Shown here one piece after another: positions 23,835 through 36,729 of a stretch of DNA of 64,000 nt. The stretch is from Pristiophorus japonicus (lineage: Eukaryota). Position 1 is the first letter of the stretch, and every line of letters begins with the position of its first letter. The notes under the pieces are model-generated. The model saw only the letters and a list, made by a program, of their open reading frames with translations. It was not told the DNA's origin and did no database searches. The position numbers and the translations under genes are program-made. The stretch is taken from assembly GCF_044704955.1 (NCBI RefSeq), contig NC_092006.1, positions 4,774,001 through 4,838,000 of the forward strand, in the 5' to 3' direction.

Positions 23835-25655
23835 CTCAGCACAGAAGGAGGCCATTCAGCCCGTGCCAGCTCTCTGTAAGAGCACTTCAGCTAGTCCCAC
23901 TCCCCTGCCCTTTCCCGCAGCCCTGTAGATTGTTTTTTTCCTTCAGGTACTTATCCAACTCCCTTTTGAAAGCCACGATTGAGTCTGCCTCCAGCACCCT
24001 CTCAGGCAGCACATTCCAGATCCTAACCACTCGCTGCGGAAAAAGTTATTGCTCCTGTTACCTTTGGTTCTTCTGCCAATCGCCTTAAATCTGTGTCCTC
24101 TGGTTCTCAACCCGTCCGGCGATGTGAACAGTTTCTCCCTCTGTACTCTGTCGAGACCCCTCATGACTTTTGAACGCCTGTATCAAATCTGCTCTCAACT
24201 TTCTCTAGTCTAAGAAGAACAACTGCCAACTGAGCTGGTGATAAACTTCTTGAGTGCTGTCGGAGCTGCAACTCATGCAGGCAAGTGACGAGTGTTCCAT
24301 CACACTCCTGACTTGTGCCTTGTAGACGGCGGAAAGGCTTTGGAGAATCAGGAGGTGAGACACTCGCCGTAGAATACCCAGCCTCTGACCCGCTCTTGTT
24401 TACACAGTATTTATGTGACTGATCTGATTGTATATTCGATGTAATTCTGTGCAAACCATTTGCAATGTGGCTAGGCGGAGTCACTGCACGAGTTCCCAGC
24501 CCCTGTACATAGAAACATAGACAATAGGTGCAGGAGTAGGCCATTCGGCCCTTCGAGCCTGCACCACTATTCAATAAGATCATGGCTGATCATGCAACTT
24601 CAGTACCCCATTCCTGCTTTCTCTCCATACCCCTTGATCCCTTTAGCCGTAAGGGCCACATCTAACTCCCTTTTGAATATATCTAACGAACTGGCCTCAA
24701 CAACTTTCTGTGGTAGAGAATTCCACAGGTTCACAATTCTCTGAGTGAAGAAGTTTCTCCTCATCTCGGTCCTAAATGGCTTACCCCTTATCCTTAGACT
24801 GTGACCCCTGCTTCTGGACTTCCCCAACATCGGGAACATTCTTCCTGCATCTAACCTGTCCAGTCCCATCAGAATTTTATATGTTTCTATTAGATCCCCT
24901 CTCATTCTTCTAAACTCCAGTGAATATAAGCCTAGTCGATCCAGTCTTTCTTCATATGTCAGTCTTGCCATCCCGGGAATCAGTCTGGTGAACCTTCGCT
25001 GCACTCCCTCAATAGCAAGAATGTCCTTCCTCAGATTAGGAGATCAAAACTGAACACAATGTTCCAGGTGTGGCCTCACCAAGGCCCTGTACAACTGCAG
25101 TAAGACCTCCCTGCTCCTATACTCAAATCCTCTCGCTATGAAGGCCAACATGCCATTTGCATTCTTCACCGCCTGCTGTACCTGCATGCCAACTTTCAAT
25201 GACTGATGTACCATGACACCCAGGTCTCGTTGCACCTCCCCTTTTCCTAATCTGTCACCATTGAGATAATATTCTCTCTTCCTGTTTTTGCCCCCAAAGT
25301 GGATAACCTCACATTTATCCACATTATACTGCATCTGCCATGCATTTGCCCACTCACCTAACCTGTCCAAGTCACCCTGCAGTCTCTTAGCATCCTCCTC
25401 ACAGCTCACACTGCCACCCAGCTTAGTGTCATCTGCAAACTTGGAGATATTACATTCAATTCCTTCATCTAAATCATTAATGTATATTGTAAATAGCTGG
25501 GGTCCCAGCACTGAACCCTGCGGTACCCCACTAGTCACTGCATGCCATTCTGAAAAGGACCCGTTTATCCCGACTCTCTGCTTGCTGTCTGCCAACCAGT
25601 TCTCTATCCACGTCAGTACATTACCCCCAATACCATGTGCTTTAATTTTACACAC
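23835..25655 (-). mobile_element. CR1/LINE fragments (23835-24225, ~24230-24420, 24507-25655)
   Basis: RT motifs GVPQG and FADD plus C-terminus in ORFs 25044-25655 and 24600-25004. Confidence 0.9.
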
Positions 25656-26196
25656 TGTGTCCTCTCCTTACTCACAGAGCACTTCAATCCCCAGATCAAT
25701 TCTCATCGCCGCCACATTTAAAGCGGTCAGTTTCTGACTGGCACTTCGCAAAAAAACATCTGAAATGTTAAAAAAAAAACTACCCAAACCTCACTGAATG
25801 ATACGGCACAGGAGGAGGCCATTTGGCCCATCCTGCCTGTGCTGGCTCTGTGAATGGGCTGCACCAGCTGGAGAGATCAGGACGTGTGGGGGCTCTGGGT
25901 GAGAAGTGGGTCAGAGCTCGATGATTTCACCTCTTTAAATTGACACCGACCACATTTTAAGACAATCAAACGCTTTATTATATTCAAGCACAATGGGAAA
26001 AAAAATGCAATGATGGCAAACCCAATAAAAAGAGGGAATGCTGGGAGTACACGGCCGGTCGGTCAGTGTCTGTAGTGGGGACAGACGAGTTAGTGTGGCT
26101 CGTAGAGAGGGACCCACTCCCGCAATCCCTCAGTTACTCATCCCTCCGCCTCACACAGGCTGACTGTGTTTCCAGCGTTTTACAGTGTTATTTTAC

Positions 26197-26748
26197 AAAA
26201 AAGAAAGAGAGGGAAAGAGAGAAAGAGAAGGAAAGAGAGAAAGAAAGAGAAAGAGAGAAGGAAAGAGAGAGAGAAAAAGATAAAGAGNNNNNNNNNNNNN
26301 NNNNNNNNNNNNNNNNNNNNNNNNNNNNNNNNNNNNNNNNNNNNNNNNNNNNNNNNNNNNNNNNNNNNNNNNNNNNNNNNNNNNNNNNNNNNNNNNNNNN
26401 NNNNNNNNNNNNNNNNNNNNNNNNNNNNNNNNNNNNNNNNNNNNNNNNNNNNNNNNNNNNNNNNNNNNNNNNNNNNNNNNNNNNNNNNNNNNNNNNNNNN
26501 NGGAAAGCGAGAGAGAGAAGGAGAGAGAGAGAAGGAAAGAGAGAAAGTGAGAAAGAGAAGGAAATAGAGAGAGGGAAGGAGAGAAAGAGAAGGAAAGCGA
26601 GAACGAGAAGGAAAATGAGAGAAAGAGAAGGAAAGAGAGAGAGAGAGAGAAAGAAGGAAAGAGAGAAAGAGAGAGAGAGAAAGAGAAAGAAAAAAGGAGA
26701 AAGAAAAAGGATAAAAACAGAAAGAGAGAAACAAAAAGGAAGGAAAGA
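26197..26748 (+). repeat. GA-rich low-complexity tract spanning an assembly gap
   Basis: (GA/GAAA)n flanking Ns at 26288-26501. Confidence 0.95.
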
Positions 26749-27409
26749 AAGACTTGCATTTATATAGCGCCTTTCTCAACCTCAGGACGTCCCAAAGCGC
26801 TTTGCAGCCAATGAAGTATTCTTGAACCAATCACTGTTGTAATGAGGGTTAAAGAACTGGCAGAGGAGCAGAGGGATTATAGAGTGACGGGTTTATTGCA
26901 AGCCCTGCGTTAATCAATAACTTATTTTAAAGTGAATGTTGTTCGGAGGTTTCTTTGTCGAGTTTGATTTCAGATCAGAGTGTCCGACTGCCGACGGATT
27001 CCGTAAACTGATGAATTTTCTCCGGACCATCAGCGTCTCCTCCTGTTCCCACTGAGGCAGTGACAGTTGACGATGCAGCTTGAGGAAGAATGAGGAAAAA
27101 AGAGAGTGACTATACGTTAAGTTCTTCATTGTCTCTAAACGTTTTGGGAAGTCCTGAGATCTGGACTAGGAATTGAACCCACAAATTTCCGAGTTAAGAG
27201 GCGAGAGTGTGAGCAACTGAACCACTNNNNNNNNNNNNNNNNNNNNNNNNNNNNNNNNNNNNNNNNNNNNNNNNNNNNNNNNNNNNNNNNNNNNNNNNNN
27301 NNNNNNNNNNNNNNNNNNNNNNNNNNNNNNNNNNNNNNNNNNNNNNNNNNNNNNNNNNNNNNNNNNNNNNNNNNNNNNNNNNNNNNNNNNNNNNNNNNNN
27401 NNNNNCACA

Positions 27410-28140
27410 CGCAAAGTGCTGCAGTACAATGGGACCTGGGGGTCCTTGTGCATGAAACACAAAATGTTAGTATGCAGGTACAGCAAGTGATCAGGAAGGC
27501 AAATGGCCTTTATTGCAAGAGGGATGGAGTATAAAAGCAGCGAAGTCTTGCTACAACTGTACAGGGTATTGATGAGGCTACACCTGGAGTACTGCGTGCA
27601 GTTTTGGTTTCCATATTTAAGGAAGGATACACTTGCTTTGGAGGCAGTTCAGAGAAGGTTCACTCGGTTGATTCCAGAGATGAGGGGGTTGACTTATGAC
27701 GATAGATTGAGTAGGTTGGACCTACACTCATTGGAGTTCAGAAGAATGAGAGGTGATCTTATCGAAGCGTATAAGATAATGAGGGGGCTCGACAAGGTGG
27801 ATGCAGAGAGGTTGTTTCCACTGATGGGGGAGACTAGAACTAGGGGGCACGATCTTAGAATAAGGGGCCGCCCATTTAAAACTGAGATGAGGAGGAATTT
27901 CTTCTCTCAGAGGGTTGTAAATCTGTGGAATTCTCTGCCTCAGAGAGCTGTGGAAGCTGGGACATTGAAGGTGGAGATAGACAGATTTTTGAGCGATAAG
28001 GGAGTGAAGGGTTATGGGGAGCGGGCAGGGAAGTGGAGCTGAGTCCATGATCAGATCAGCCATGATCGTATCAAATGGCGGAGCAGGCTCGAGGGGCCGA
28101 ATGGCCGACTCCTGCTCCTATTTCTTATGTACTTATGTTC
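27410..28140 (+). mobile_element. CR1 3' fragment
   Basis: ORF 27503-28042 and 3' tail. Confidence 0.9.
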
Positions 28141-28400
28141 AGACAGGCACAAATGCAAACGCAGACTCGCCCACATATAAACACAGACACACACACACAC
28201 ACAAATGCATTCTGACGTCTTGTATAACGGCTTCGCATAGAGGCCATTTAATAACATGATTTGAGTTACCTTCACAATTACAGATGGGTGTCATCGCATT
28301 TTTACATCCCTATAATAATTCCTGTGGCTAAAGTATTAAAACAGTAAACCCACCATGGGCAGGAAGGGGGTAATGATGACCTGTATTCTCTGTAGCGATT

Positions 28401-28496
28401 TGAAAAAAAGATTGCAAATTCTGAAATAAACACAGAAACTGCTAGAATTACACGGCTGTTTCTGTGTTTATTTCAGAATTAGCAATCTTTTTTTCA
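28401..28496. repeat. Near-perfect inverted repeat (39-bp arms, 18-nt loop)
   Basis: 28401-28439 vs the reverse complement of 28458-28496: 1 mismatch. Confidence 0.9.
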
Positions 28497-28931
28497 TATT
28501 TTTCGAAGGCTTTTTCGAAGGCCTATTGCCCGAGACATTGCCCGATGGTTTCTATTAGTAGATGCCAGTGTGGTCGAAGGATTCGTTTTGTTTCCAGTCA
28601 GAGCGACAAATGGCGATTCGATGGACATTAAGGTGATGTGGACCAGACCTCTGTTCCATTCATGCATAGGCGAAACTGTCCTTTGAAGCTGTCAGCGAAC
28701 AAAAGGTGAAACGCACATCAATTCTTGTAAATCCTTGATCACCTTCTATAAATATCGAGACTAGAATTGTGAGATGGTCTTTGAATCAATCGTACAAGGC
28801 CGTGGAAAATCTTAAAAATATAATACAGAGGTCAGAGTTGGGGGAGTGACCCGGTTTTGACACAATGTTAAATAGAGTGAGACTGTTGCCGATGTAAACT
28901 GGTCCAGTGACTCACCTTTCCTTGTGGGATC

Positions 28932-30239
28932 GCATTGAATCACCGAAACGTACAGCATGGAAGGAGGCCATTCGGCCCATCGTGTCCGCGCCGGCCGACC
29001 AAGAGCCACCCAGCCTAATCCCACTTTCCCGTTCTCGGTCCGTAGCCCTGTAGGTTACGGCACTTCAGGTGCACATCCAGGTACTTGTTAAATGTGGTGA
29101 GGGTTTCTGCCTCTACCACCCTTTCAGGCCGTGAGTTCCACCCCAGACCCCCACCACTCTCTGGGTGAAGAAATTTCCCCTCAAATCCCCTCTAAACCTC
29201 CCCCCAATTACTTTAAATCTGTGCCCCCTGGTTGTTGACCCCTCTGCCAAGGGAAACAGGTCCGTCCTATCCACTCTATCCCGGCCCTTCGTAATTTTAT
29301 ACACCTCAATCAGGTCTTCCCTCAGCCTCCTCTGTTCCAAAGAAAACAACCCCAGCCTCTCCAATCTTTCCTCATCGCTAAAATTCTCCAGTCCAGGCAA
29401 CATCCTGGTAAATCTCCTGTGCATCCTCTCTAGTGCAACATCCTGGTAAATCTCCTCTGTACCCTCTCGAGTGCAACATCCTGGTAAATCTCCTCTGCAC
29501 CCTCTCCAGTGCAACATCCTGGTAAATCTCCTCTGTACCCTCTCTCGTGCAACATCCTGGTAAATCTCCTCTGTACCCTCTCTAGTGCAACATCCTGGTA
29601 AATCTCCTCTGTACCCTCTCTAGTGCAACATCCTGGTAAATCTCCTCTGTACCCTCTCGAGTGCAACATCCTGGTAAATCTCCTCTGCACCCTCTCCAGT
29701 GGAACATCCTGGTAAATCTCCTCTGCACCCTCTCTAGTGCAACATCCTGGTAAATCTCCTCTGTACCCTCTCCAGTGCAACATCCTGGTAAATCTCTCTG
29801 TACCCTCTCTCCTGCAACATCCTGGTAAATCTCCTCTGCACCCTCTCTAGTGCAACATCCTGGTAAATCTCCTCTGCACCCTCTCTCGTGCAATCACATC
29901 TTTCCTGTAATGTGGCGACCAGAACTGCACGCAGTACTCCAGCTGTGGCCTAACTAGTGTTTTATACAGTTCAAGCATAACCACCCTGCTCTTGTATTCC
30001 ATGCCTAGGCTAATAAAGGCAAGTATTCCGTATGCCTTCCTAACCACCTTATCCACCTGGCCTGCTACCTTCAGGGAATTGTGGACCTGCACTCCCAGGT
30101 CCCTCTGTTCCTCTACACTTCTCAGTGTCCTACCATTTAATGTGTATTCCCTTGCCTTGTTAGACCTCCCCAAGTGCATTACTTCACACTTCTCCGGGTT
30201 GAATTCCATTTGCCGCTGTTCTGCCCGCCTGACCAGTCT
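28932..30239 (-). mobile_element. CR1 3' fragment with internal 38-bp tandem expansion, inserted in an exon
   Basis: ATC duplicated at 28929-28931 and 30240-30242; 38-bp array at ~29395-29890. Confidence 0.88.
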
Positions 30240-30500
30240 ATCTCTTGTCTCGTCCTTCTGAAAGAATTCGCTGTAAATTGGCGTTGAAAGGCACGCGGAG
30301 GGAATCACGTCGAGCAAACATTTACTGACGAGCACCAGTTAAGTATCAAGTCTCACCTGCTTTGCCGCTGCCATGATGCCAAAGTGGAGGATAAGGATCA
30401 ATACTAGAGCCAGGATCCCCAGGACAGTCATTGCACCAGGCACGCACCACCCTACAGAGACAGAACACCGAGACATTGCTGCTGGCTCAAACCATTATCT

Positions 30501-30941
30501 CAGTGGTTCTCGACCGGTGTTCCGTGGCACATGCCGTGAACCCTTCACAGGGGTGCCGCCAAATTGTGTAAAAGTATGGTGGACCTTTGCTGATTTCACA
30601 ATGAAACACAAACCATTTAACTCTGAAACAGAAGGGAAGGGGGGAGAGAGACAGACAGACACATGTGTCATCTACCTATATGTACCACACCACTGCTGTA
30701 GTAAGCATTGCCAATATCGACAAATAGCTATCTATTTATCTCTACTATTATCAAAAAAAAACGATGTTCTCGAGTTGTACAAGTAACAATGACAAGAGAC
30801 AACAGACACAAACAATGTAAATGTCCATACTCCGAACAAAATCCCTTGGCAAAATGTGTTTCCTCGGACACCACCCCTCTCCCACTCCGTTACTCCCTCC
30901 CATTACTGATAGAGAAGTGCTGGTGTCTACCATCGAATGAG

Positions 30942-30976
<35 letters not shown>

Positions 30977-32309
30977 TTACGTTTGGGTGTGTAAGTGCGT
31001 CTGTACCAAGGGCATAGCCTGAGGGAGGCATGGCCACCCCCAATCCAAAATAATAGTATTAAATTGTTCATGTGAAAAGCTTAAAATGTGATTGTTAATT
31101 TGGCTGAAAGAAATGAAAGACAAGTCTAACACATAGGCAGTAAAAATTGTAGTTTTTATAATAAAATGTCAAAAACTATTTCGTTACATTTAACCACATT
31201 CTTATTTCTATTTTGTTATTTTTGTTTATTGATCTGCTGCATGATGTGTGGCCGGGACTGGTGGCATCTTTGACGCTTTGACCTGAAGCAGCGCCAATTG
31301 ACGGCTCCTTCGATGTACGCGGCATCCAACTTGACCTGGCCGAGCCGCCCTATTTGTGAGAGTTGGCTTTTGGCATATTTTGACCACAGTTCAAATCAAC
31401 TCTCGCTTCGTTTCTGTCTGGACTCTCTGGCGTTTGGAAATTGGAAGACTCAGTTCGTGCCTGTCTGGAGTTTGGATCATTCAGACGGATAAAGTTTGTC
31501 CTCCCCCCTCCCAATGGACAAATTCATCATCAGAAAACGTAAAAATGAGCGAGGAGATAACAATGGCAGTGCCACTACAAGTTGGCCGACAACCATCGCC
31601 AGTACAAGCGGTGCCCAACCAAATCCTAAAAAAACCCAAAATTCATCGTCAATATATGGAGGATTATTTGAGGTTCGGTTTTTCATGGACAGGAGAAGAA
31701 GAATGCCCCGTTCCCCTGTGTGTTGTGAGCAGCGACTTTACATTGCAAGAAGAAGACGTATTGACTTCTATTTCTACAGACCGAGGTCTTAAAATGAAAC
31801 ATTCAGATTTGTCTCCTGATGCGTTCTGGATTTCTATTAAAGAAGAATATCCTATAGTATCAAAAAAAGCCTTGATAATTCTGATGCGGTTTTCAGCATC
31901 ATGTCTCTGCGAATTAGGATTCTCAACTCTTACGAACATCAAATGCAAAAAACGGGAAAAACTTGGAAAACTTGAACATGAAATGAGAGTTGCCTTATCG
32001 GTTATACACCCTAATATTAGTGACATAACTATAAAACATCAGGCTCAAGTATCACATTAAAATACTAATTAATCTAGAATTAATGTGAGGAATTATTATT
32101 GTAGTTTATTATTTTATTGTTACTTTCAGAATAAAAAATAATTAGTAACATACATATGTACAATGTTCATATGCTGTGATTAATAAAATGTTTTTTAAAT
32201 TTTCTGAAACTTGCTTTTTTAAAAAAACCTTTTAACCCCTTCAAGTGTGCCGCCAAAAATTCTAGTATTCGAAAGTGTGCCGCGAACACAGAAAGGCTGA
32301 GCGCCACTG
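30501..32309 (+). mobile_element. hAT DNA transposon, Buster/Charlie group, internally deleted
   Basis: TIRs CAGTGGTTCTC.../...GAGCGCCACTG; perfect 8-bp TSD CATTATCT (30493-30500, 32310-32317) with central TA. Confidence 0.93.
31514..32060 (+). pseudogene. Buster-type (ZBED5/ZBED8-like) transposase remnant
   Basis: MDKFII start, then RQYMEDYLRFGF..PLCVV (start of BED finger) fused directly to the hAT C-terminal region FW...LCELGFS...MRVALS...QAQVSH; catalytic core deleted. Confidence 0.88.
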
Positions 32310-32380
32310 CATTATCTGGTGGGAAACTAGACCCAGTTACTACGTGAGACCACCAGCCCGGGGTGTGAAATGACAAGCCA

Positions 32381-32703
32381 CTCGAGGTTCATCCCGAGCA
32401 GCTCCGTAACACAGGACCCTGTGCTCTACGGGCTGTTCCCGGGGACACACACCGAGACAGACATCACCTGCTGCTGGAGGGTCATCAACTCAGTCAAAGA
32501 CACACTTTGGTCTTGCCAAAACGTGCTGGTCTTCCAGAACAAGGAGATGTCCACGTCTGCGTGTTGCAGACTGGCGCAATCCACGATCCAGGATTACGTG
32601 CTGAGGGTCGCACTTAAAATTGGTGCAGTCGCCGCAAAGGCACGGTGGGGAAGGGCCACAGTTTAAAGCCCTTCCGTCACGGTAAACCCGGGGGCAGGAA
32701 TCA
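32381..32703 (+). mobile_element. Tx1-like LINE ORF2 3' fragment
   Basis: VLYGLFPGTHTETDITCCWRVINSVKDTLW; runs into the gap at 32704-33385. Confidence 0.8.
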
Positions 32704-33884
32704 NNNNNNNNNNNNNNNNNNNNNNNNNNNNNNNNNNNNNNNNNNNNNNNNNNNNNNNNNNNNNNNNNNNNNNNNNNNNNNNNNNNNNNNNNNNNNNNNN
32801 NNNNNNNNNNNNNNNNNNNNNNNNNNNNNNNNNNNNNNNNNNNNNNNNNNNNNNNNNNNNNNNNNNNNNNNNNNNNNNNNNNNNNNNNNNNNNNNNNNNN
32901 NNNNNNNNNNNNNNNNNNNNNNNNNNNNNNNNNNNNNNNNNNNNNNNNNNNNNNNNNNNNNNNNNNNNNNNNNNNNNNNNNNNNNNNNNNNNNNNNNNNN
33001 NNNNNNNNNNNNNNNNNNNNNNNNNNNNNNNNNNNNNNNNNNNNNNNNNNNNNNNNNNNNNNNNNNNNNNNNNNNNNNNNNNNNNNNNNNNNNNNNNNNN
33101 NNNNNNNNNNNNNNNNNNNNNNNNNNNNNNNNNNNNNNNNNNNNNNNNNNNNNNNNNNNNNNNNNNNNNNNNNNNNNNNNNNNNNNNNNNNNNNNNNNNN
33201 NNNNNNNNNNNNNNNNNNNNNNNNNNNNNNNNNNNNNNNNNNNNNNNNNNNNNNNNNNNNNNNNNNNNNNNNNNNNNNNNNNNNNNNNNNNNNNNNNNNN
33301 NNNNNNNNNNNNNNNNNNNNNNNNNNNNNNNNNNNNNNNNNNNNNNNNNNNNNNNNNNNNNNNNNNNNNNNNNNNNNNNNNNNNNNTATCTATCTCTGTC
33401 GCTATTTCAATTCTTATCTCCATCTTTATCTCAATCTTTACATCAATCTTTAGCTCAATCGCTATCTCTAGACCATATCTCTATCTTTCTCCATCTCTAT
33501 ATCTCTCTATTTTCATTATCTCTATCTTTATATCTAACCACGAACAGTTTCCAGTGACCCAATTTCTGTGAAACTTCAAACCAGGGTGAGATCTCCACAA
33601 TACAAGCTGACTAAAATTAAAATAGCTCTCTTGAGCAAACAGAGTGGAATTATAGTTTTAAAACAGGGGCATTAAAGAAAACGGGTGTAATTGGGCCTGT
33701 ACCCATGTCAGTTGTCCCACATTATCGATCAGGTTGGAGCATTTCCGAGCATTAACTCACTTCTGCTCAGAAAATCTGTCGACTTATTTCAAACCTTCAG
33801 TGAGCAAAGTTACACAACATTCCTTGGGAAGAGAGTGATACTTATAACTTTCCTTAAAAAATGTCAGCTGTGGCCAAGTAGATA

Positions 33885-34407
33885 GCGGGTTGTGGGTTCC
33901 AGTCCTACTCCAGAGACTTGAGCCCAAAATCTAGGCTGACACTCCCAGCTGACACTGAGGGAGCACCGCACTGTCGGAGGGGCGGTGCTGAGGGAGCGCC
34001 GTACTGCACTGTCGGAGGGGCAGTGCTGAGGGAGCGCTGTACTGCACTGTCGGAGGGGCAGTACTGAGGGAGCCCCGCACTGTCGGAGGGGCAGTACTGA
34101 GGGAGCCACGCACTGTCGGAGGGGCAGTACTGAGGGAGCGCTGCACTGTCGGTGGGGCAGTACTGAGGAAGCGCCGTACTGCACTGTTGGAGGGGCAGTA
34201 CCGAGGGAGCGCCGCACTGTCGGAGGGGCAGTACTGAGGGAGCGTTGCACTGTCGGAGGGGCAGTACTGAGGGAGCGCCGTACTGCACTGTCGGAGGGGC
34301 AGTACTGAGGGCGCCCCGCACTGTCGGAGGGGCAGTACTGAGGGATCGCCGCACTGTCGGAGGGGCAGTACTGAGGGAGCGCCGCACCGTCGGAGGGGCA
34401 GTACTGA
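33885..34407 (+). mobile_element. Deu-domain SINE 5' part with tandem array
   Basis: B-box-like GGTTCCAGTCC followed by 33/38-bp units. Confidence 0.8.
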
Positions 34408-36729
34408 AATTTAGCTATGAGGAAAGATTGGATAGGCTGGGATTGTTTTCCTTGGAACAGAGGAGGCTGAGGGGAGATTTAATTGAGGTGTATAAAATGA
34501 TGAGGGGCCTGGATAGAGTGGATAGGAAGGAGTATAATGTTGGAAAGTGTGAGGTCATGCACTTTGGCAGAAAAAAATCAAAGAGCAAGTTATTATTGAA
34601 ATGGAGAAAGATTGCAAAGTGCTGCAGTACAGCGGGACCTGGGGGTACTTGTGCATGAAACACAAAAGGATAGTATGCAGGTACAGCAAGTGATCAGGAA
34701 GGCCAATGGTATCTTGGACTTTATTGCAAAGGAGATGGCGTATAAAAGCAGGGAAGCCTTGCTACAACTGTACAGGGTATTGGTGAGGCCACACCTGGAG
34801 TACTGTGTGCAGTTTTGGTTTCCATATTTACGAAAGGATATACTTGCTTTGGAGGCAGTTCAGAGAAGGTTCATGTGGTTGATTCCGGGGATGAGGGGGT
34901 TGACTTATGAGGAAAGGTTGAGTAGGTTGGGCCTCTACTCATTGGAATTCAGAAGAATGAGAGGTGATCTTATCGAAACGTATAAGATTATGAGGGGGCT
35001 TGACAAGGTGGATGCAGAGAGGATGTTTTCACTGATGGGGGAGACTAGAACTAGGGGGCATAGTCTTAGAATAAAGGGCCACCCATTTAAAACTGAGATG
35101 AGGAGGAATTTCTTCTCTCTGAGGGTTGTAAATCTGTGGAATTCGCTGCCTCAGAGAGCTGTGGAAGCTGGGACATTGAATATATTTAAGACAGAAATAG
35201 ACAGTTTCTTAAAAGATAAGGGGATAAGGGATTATGGAGAGCAGGCGGGGAAGTGGAGCTGAGTCCATGATCAGATCAGACATGATCGTATTAAATGGCA
35301 GAGCAGTCTCGAGGGGCCATATGGCCGACTCCTGCTCCTATTTCTGATGTTCTAATGAACTGTTTCCCTTGACAAAAGGGTCAATAACCAGGGGGCATAG
35401 ATTGAAAGTAATTGGGGGGAGGTTTAGAGGGGATTTGTGGGGAAATGTCTTCACCCAGAGGGTGGTGGGGGTCTGGGGTGGAACTCACTGCCTGAAAGGG
35501 TGGTAGAGGCAGAAACCCTCACCACATTTAAACAGTACCTGGATGTACACTTGAAGTGCCGTAACCCACAGGGCTACGGACCGAGAGCGGGAAAGTGGGA
35601 TTAGGCTGGGTGTCTCTTTGTCGGCCGGTGCAGACACGATGGGCCGAATGGCCTCCTTCCCTGCTGTAAATTTCAATGTTTTGAATATTCTATAAGCAGG
35701 TCGATGAGTGATCAGATAGAGGGGTTTAAGATTATGAAAGGGGTCGATAGGGTAGATGTAGAGAAGATATTTCCACTAGTGGGGGAGACCAGAACCAGAG
35801 GCCGTCAATATCAGACAGTCACCAATAAATCCAACGGGAAATTCAGGAGAAACTTCTTTACCCAGAGAGCGGTGAGAATATGGAACTCGCTGCCACAGGG
35901 AGGGGTTGAGGCAAATAGTATCAATGTATTTAAGGGGAAGCTGGATAAACACATGGGGGAGAAGGGAATAGAGGGATATGGGGATGGGGTGAGATGGAGA
36001 GGGGAGGGAGGGGGCTGGTGTGGAGCATAAACCCCGGCACGGAGCGGTGGGGCCAAATGGCACAGGCGGTGAAGAAGGCAAGTGGTATGTTGGCCTTCAT
36101 AGCGAGGGGATTTGAGTATAGGAGCAGGGAGGTCTTACTGCAGTTGTACAGGGCCTTGGTGAGGCCTCATCTGGAATATTGTGTACAGTTTTGGTCTCCT
36201 AATCTGAGGAAGGACATTCTTGCTATTGAGGGAGTGCAGCGAAGGTTCACCAGACTGATTCCCGGGATGGCAGGACTGACATATGAAGAAAGACTGGATC
36301 GACTAGGCTTATATTCACTGGAGTTTAGAAGAATGAGAGGGGATCTCATAGAAACATATAAAATTCTGACGGGACTGGACAGGTTAGATGCAGGAAGAAT
36401 GTTCCCGATGTTGGGGAAGTCCAGAACCAGGGTTCACAATCTAAGGATAAGGGGTAAGCCATTTAGGACCGAGTTGAGGAGAAACTTTTTCACCCAGAGA
36501 ATTGTGAACCTGTGGAATTCTCTACCACAGAAAGTTGTTGAGGCCAGTTCGTTGGAAATATTCAGAAGGGAGTTAGATGTGGCCCTTACGGCTAAAGGGA
36601 TCAAGGGGTATGGAGAGAAAGCAGGAATGGGGTACTGAAGTTGCATGATCAGCCATGATCATATTGAATGGCGGTGCAGGCTCCAAGGGCCGAATGGCCT
36701 ACTCCTGCACCTACTTTCTATGTTTCTAT
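34408..36729 (+). mobile_element. Nested CR1 3' fragments
   Basis: ORFs 34612-35262, 35704-36030 and 35994-36638; 34530-35357 is inserted in another CR1. Confidence 0.9.

Larger units (their letters stand above)
28550..32380 (-). pseudogene. Disrupted paralog of the plus-strand Ig receptor gene (TM and cytoplasmic exons plus homologous introns)
   Basis: TM exon 30451-30357 (WCVPGAMTVLGILALVLILIL..WHHGSGKA, 1-nt frameshift). Cytoplasmic exon 30270/30257-28916 split by a CR1. Next exon from 28688 (CTTCAAAGGACAGT). Flanking introns align to 54290-54740. Confidence 0.8.

Noticed and set aside
26066-26830. Long K/E/R-rich and F/L/S-rich ORFs
   Set aside because: Translation of a GA microsatellite and an N gap
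26892-27079. Terminal exon-like block on the minus strand with an acceptor and AATAAA
   Set aside because: No convincing homology to gene A and frame undefined; cannot be assigned
31356-32060. Domesticated ZBED/Buster host gene
   Set aside because: TIRs and TSD are present, the catalytic core is deleted and the N-terminus is frameshifted, so it is a non-autonomous transposon
32645-33571. 308-aa and 240-aa ORFs
   Set aside because: Almost entirely N gap
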